Below are positions 61,413 through 64,000 of a stretch of DNA of 64,000 nucleotides, in pieces. Position 1 is the first letter of the stretch, and every line of letters starts with the position of its first letter. The notes below the pieces were generated by a model. That model worked only from the letters and a program-made list of their open reading frames with translations. It was not told the DNA's origin and did not search any database. The stretch lies in IMG/VR virus record IMGVR_UViG_3300045988_034366; one strand, written 5' to 3'. Position numbers and translations under genes: made by a program. Origin of the DNA: a virus.

Positions 61413-64000
61413 ATGAGTACAACTTGTTATACTCCTGTAAAAGGAGTGGATGATGTCATAGCATCCAAAGTAGCTAATTGGACAGATAGCAGAGTAAGCT
61501 TGTTGAGGGGCCTGTATGATGAAAAACATCCTGATGCCCCCTTAGACACTTCAAATATTGATGAAGCTGCTAGCAAACTAGTATCTTTTAGAAAAGAATT
61601 AACCATTTCTAATGCTAAAGAAATCAATACATATGGTTCTAATTTAGCTAACACTTATGAGTCTCTTTTGAATACATTTAGTGCTGAAGATAGATTTAAC
61701 AGAGTGAATATGATTGCCTATATGTTCTCGGAAAGATTAACTGAATACGAGGAAGCTAATCCCAATTTAAATAGGAAACTTATTTGTAATGGATTTAATG
61801 TAAATGGCCAAATAAAAGGAGGTCAAACTATGTTATTTGAATCATTATATAATGAGATACTAGATTACTGGGCAGAAGCAGTAGAAGAGGGTGAAACCCA
61901 TGATGCTGATGAGTATAGAAAGGTAATAGAAAATTGGCCAGCTCTAGTTGCATATGCAAGAATGAGACTAAGAGACACTGAGGAATTGAAATTAGGAAAC
62001 AAATTAGAGTACGCTGATGATGCTAACCCTGATAACTTTGGTGATAATAATTTATCTGACTTATATAACACAGAAGAATCCAAAAGAGAAGGATATCAAG
62101 AAATAAATGATTATCAGTCTGCTTTTAGTTCTATAGGTAAAAAAGTAAGAAGATTCTTAGGAACATTACAAAAGATTGAAAAAGGAGAAGAAGTTATAGA
62201 TGACTTAGGATGGCCTGTTATGCTTGACCCTGTAAAGGCACATCAGTCTCTTTTAGATATGCTAAGGGGGGCAAACTCTGAGACTAGAATGATGAGTATG
62301 CTAAGGGAAGCATCTCAGTCACAAGAGTGGCTTAACCCTGTTATAGAAGGTCTTGAGGGTGATAACTTACTTAAAACTCAGTTCTATGTAGACTTAAAGA
62401 GGGCATTTCAGCCTTACTCTATTCTAATTGAGGAGTTTTCTAATGGGCTTAGAACATTTAAAATTAAGCTGCTTAATAGGGCCAAAAATCTTCTATCTGG
62501 AAAATATATGACCAGAGTATTATATGGAATACCTGTTAATTCTAGAAACTCAATATACAATTCTAATGGTAATGTCAATTGGGAAAACTTACAGAAACTC
62601 AGAAGTCTTGTACATGAGTATCTAGATAACAAGCAAGAGGTATTTGCTGGTGTGCAATCTAGCAAGCCTGCAAAGTTCTATATAGCTAAGGGGCCTGAGA
62701 GAGTGTCTAGAGCTGAGCAAAAAAGAGTATTAGTGCAGATGACAGAAGCTCTTGAGATTGACATTGATAGTGCTACTTTAGATAGAATAATGTCTAATCC
62801 TAGAGATTTGAGAAATTTGACTAATAACATAAGAGATGCCATTACTCAAGGATTTGAAAGGGTACTAAATAAAGCTACCTTGGATGCTATGGATAATGGC
62901 AATTACTCCTCTATTTCTAGCCAAAAGTATAAGAATGTCTTAAAGGCCAAATATGCTGCCTCTACTGCTAAGCAAGGTGCTGTCAGGGAGAAAATTGATA
63001 AAATCTTGACTGTAGTTAGTAAGAATAGAGAGGGGCTTAGGCTAGAGAGTAGAGTAAGACACAAGGATAGAAAGGGCAAAGGAGTTACTTTGTTTAGCTA
63101 TGTCCTTCCATCATATCTTAGCGACCTCATGGATAGTGTTGAAGGGTATGTTAAGGCTAGAGATACTCAAGGTCTTAGAAAGATGCTAGAGGAGAAGTAC
63201 CTAAACTCTTCCTACTTCAGAGACAACGGAGTTATCCTTAACAAGTGGCTTGAAGAGTTATACAATAGTGACTTGTCAAAGGATGATAGTTTTGCAGCTA
63301 ATTTTAGTTGGAATAGATTTCTTGGAGATACTAATGATAACTTTGAGAATTTTACCAGTAAAAAGCACGCTATAGCAATGCTATCTGACTTCTTCTCTGA
63401 TAGACAGCAAAGTCCAAATAGCAAATATGCACACTATCCTGTCTTCATTCTAGGTGATAGCGGGGTATCTAAAAGCATAAGAGCTAGAAGATATTCAGCT
63501 CAGGAAATTTTAGATGGTCTGTATAATGTGTACAGGCAAGAGTGTAGAAGAATGTCTTTGACTAGAGCAGCTAATGAAAAGCTCAAGAGAGATGGATATT
63601 CCACTATTGATAACTTTTCTGAGAAAGAGAATGAGTTTACATTCCTTCCTTTCTTAAACCAATCTTTCAAAGGGAGAGACATTTCCAGCATCTCTGAGAA
63701 AGAGGTTAAAGATGCTATTAAGTCATATATGAACCAAGCTGTAAAAGACTTCAAAGTTAAACTTGATGAGCTTGGAGTTCTTAACACTGTAACTAAGACT
63801 GTACAAGGCAAAGAAGTAACTTCATACGAGTACCTTAGTCAGGAGGCTAAAAGTGAGGAGGAGCTTGATAGGAAGCTAGCAGATTTCTATTGGAATACAA
63901 AGTTTGCTACTATACAGCAACTCCAAATGATGACCATAGACCCTGCATATTATAAAGGAACAAAAGACCTTCAAAAGAGATACAAGGAGATTCATGCTCC
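61413..64000 (+). CDS. very large protein, N-terminal >=862 codons (continues beyond right window edge)
   Basis: Translated codon by codon by hand from ATG 61413. There is no stop up to position 64000. It is absent from the ORF track because no stop lies in the window. It has its own promoter and follows a terminator. Confidence 0.75.
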   Translation, partial: MSTTCYTPVKGVDDVIASKVANWTDSRVSLLRGLYDEKHPDAPLDTSNIDEAASKLVSFRKELTISNAKEINTYGSNLANTYESLLNTFSAEDRFNRVNMIAYMFSERLTEYEEANPNLNRKLICNGFNVNGQIKGGQTMLFESLYNEILDYWAEAVEEGETHDADEYRKVIENWPALVAYARMRLRDTEELKLGNKLEYADDANPDNFGDNNLSDLYNTEESKREGYQEINDYQSAFSSIGKKVRRFLGTLQKIEKGEEVIDDLGWPVMLDPVKAHQSLLDMLRGANSETRMMSMLREASQSQEWLNPVIEGLEGDNLLKTQFYVDLKRAFQPYSILIEEFSNGLRTFKIKLLNRAKNLLSGKYMTRVLYGIPVNSRNSIYNSNGNVNWENLQKLRSLVHEYLDNKQEVFAGVQSSKPAKFYIAKGPERVSRAEQKRVLVQMTEALEIDIDSATLDRIMSNPRDLRNLTNNIRDAITQGFERVLNKATLDAMDNGNYSSISSQKYKNVLKAKYAASTAKQGAVREKIDKILTVVSKNREGLRLESRVRHKDRKGKGVTLFSYVLPSYLSDLMDSVEGYVKARDTQGLRKMLEEKYLNSSYFRDNGVILNKWLEELYNSDLSKDDSFAANFSWNRFLGDTNDNFENFTSKKHAIAMLSDFFSDRQQSPNSKYAHYPVFILGDSGVSKSIRARRYSAQEILDGLYNVYRQECRRMSLTRAANEKLKRDGYSTIDNFSEKENEFTFLPFLNQSFKGRDISSISEKEVKDAIKSYMNQAVKDFKVKLDELGVLNTVTKTVQGKEVTSYEYLSQEAKSEEELDRKLADFYWNTKFATIQQLQMMTIDPAYYKGTKDLQKRYKEIHA

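Noticed and set aside
1-64000. Integrase, attachment sites or other signs of a prophage/host junction
   Set aside because: I saw no recombinase motifs and no host-like genes. The whole window is phage-like with uniform AT-rich composition. The Xis-like HTH at 8706..8933 has no partner integrase.

Overview
The window is AT-rich and reads as a large segment of a crAss-like (Crassvirales-type) podophage of a Bacteroidota host. All family assignments come from motifs read by eye and from gene order; no database search was run.

Layout:
- 1-20.9 kb, minus strand: packaging, morphogenesis and lysis block. It holds TerL, portal, a scaffold-like gene, an MCP-size gene, paralogous virion proteins and fibre-like proteins with Thr/Ser linkers.
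- 20.9-24.4 kb, minus strand: an array of 24 tRNA or tRNA-like genes with two protein genes embedded in it.
- 24.5-26.4 kb: a strand-switch region.
- 26.4-61.3 kb, plus strand: small early genes, 3 more tRNAs, then a replication and nucleotide-metabolism block. This block holds an SF2 helicase, a DnaB-like helicase, an AAA ATPase, a Toprim primase, UDG, PD-(D/E)xK nucleases, NrdD/NrdG, dUTPase, family A DNA polymerase and ThyX.
- 61413 to the window end: a very large ORF that is still open at position 64000 and is absent from the ORF track.

Most notable observations:
1. A translationally coupled operon (40.4-44.6 kb) encodes a JAB/MPN metalloprotease with a complete JAMM motif, an E1/ThiF-like adenylating enzyme and two large unknown proteins. 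It lies inside the replication module and is chained by overlapping stop/start codons to UDG. This is a candidate phage-borne ubiquitin-like conjugation or deconjugation system.
2. Three group I introns, each carrying a homing endonuclease gene with its own host-type promoter, split a RecB-like nuclease, nrdD and polA.
3. The tRNA set covers 19 of 20 amino acids (Gly is missing) and includes one non-canonical tRNA-like gene.
4. An 18-24 nt motif (AGCTCATCACTCCTCCTT) recurs in front of the early plus-strand genes. It is distinct from the TTTG-N20-TAnnTTTG promoters seen elsewhere in the window.

Other items: a HicA-like toxin gene, an HTH plus HExxH peptidase pair, a membrane-anchored retropepsin-like protease next to dUTPase, and enzymes (a metallophosphatase, a PI-PLC-like phosphodiesterase) embedded in the virion module.
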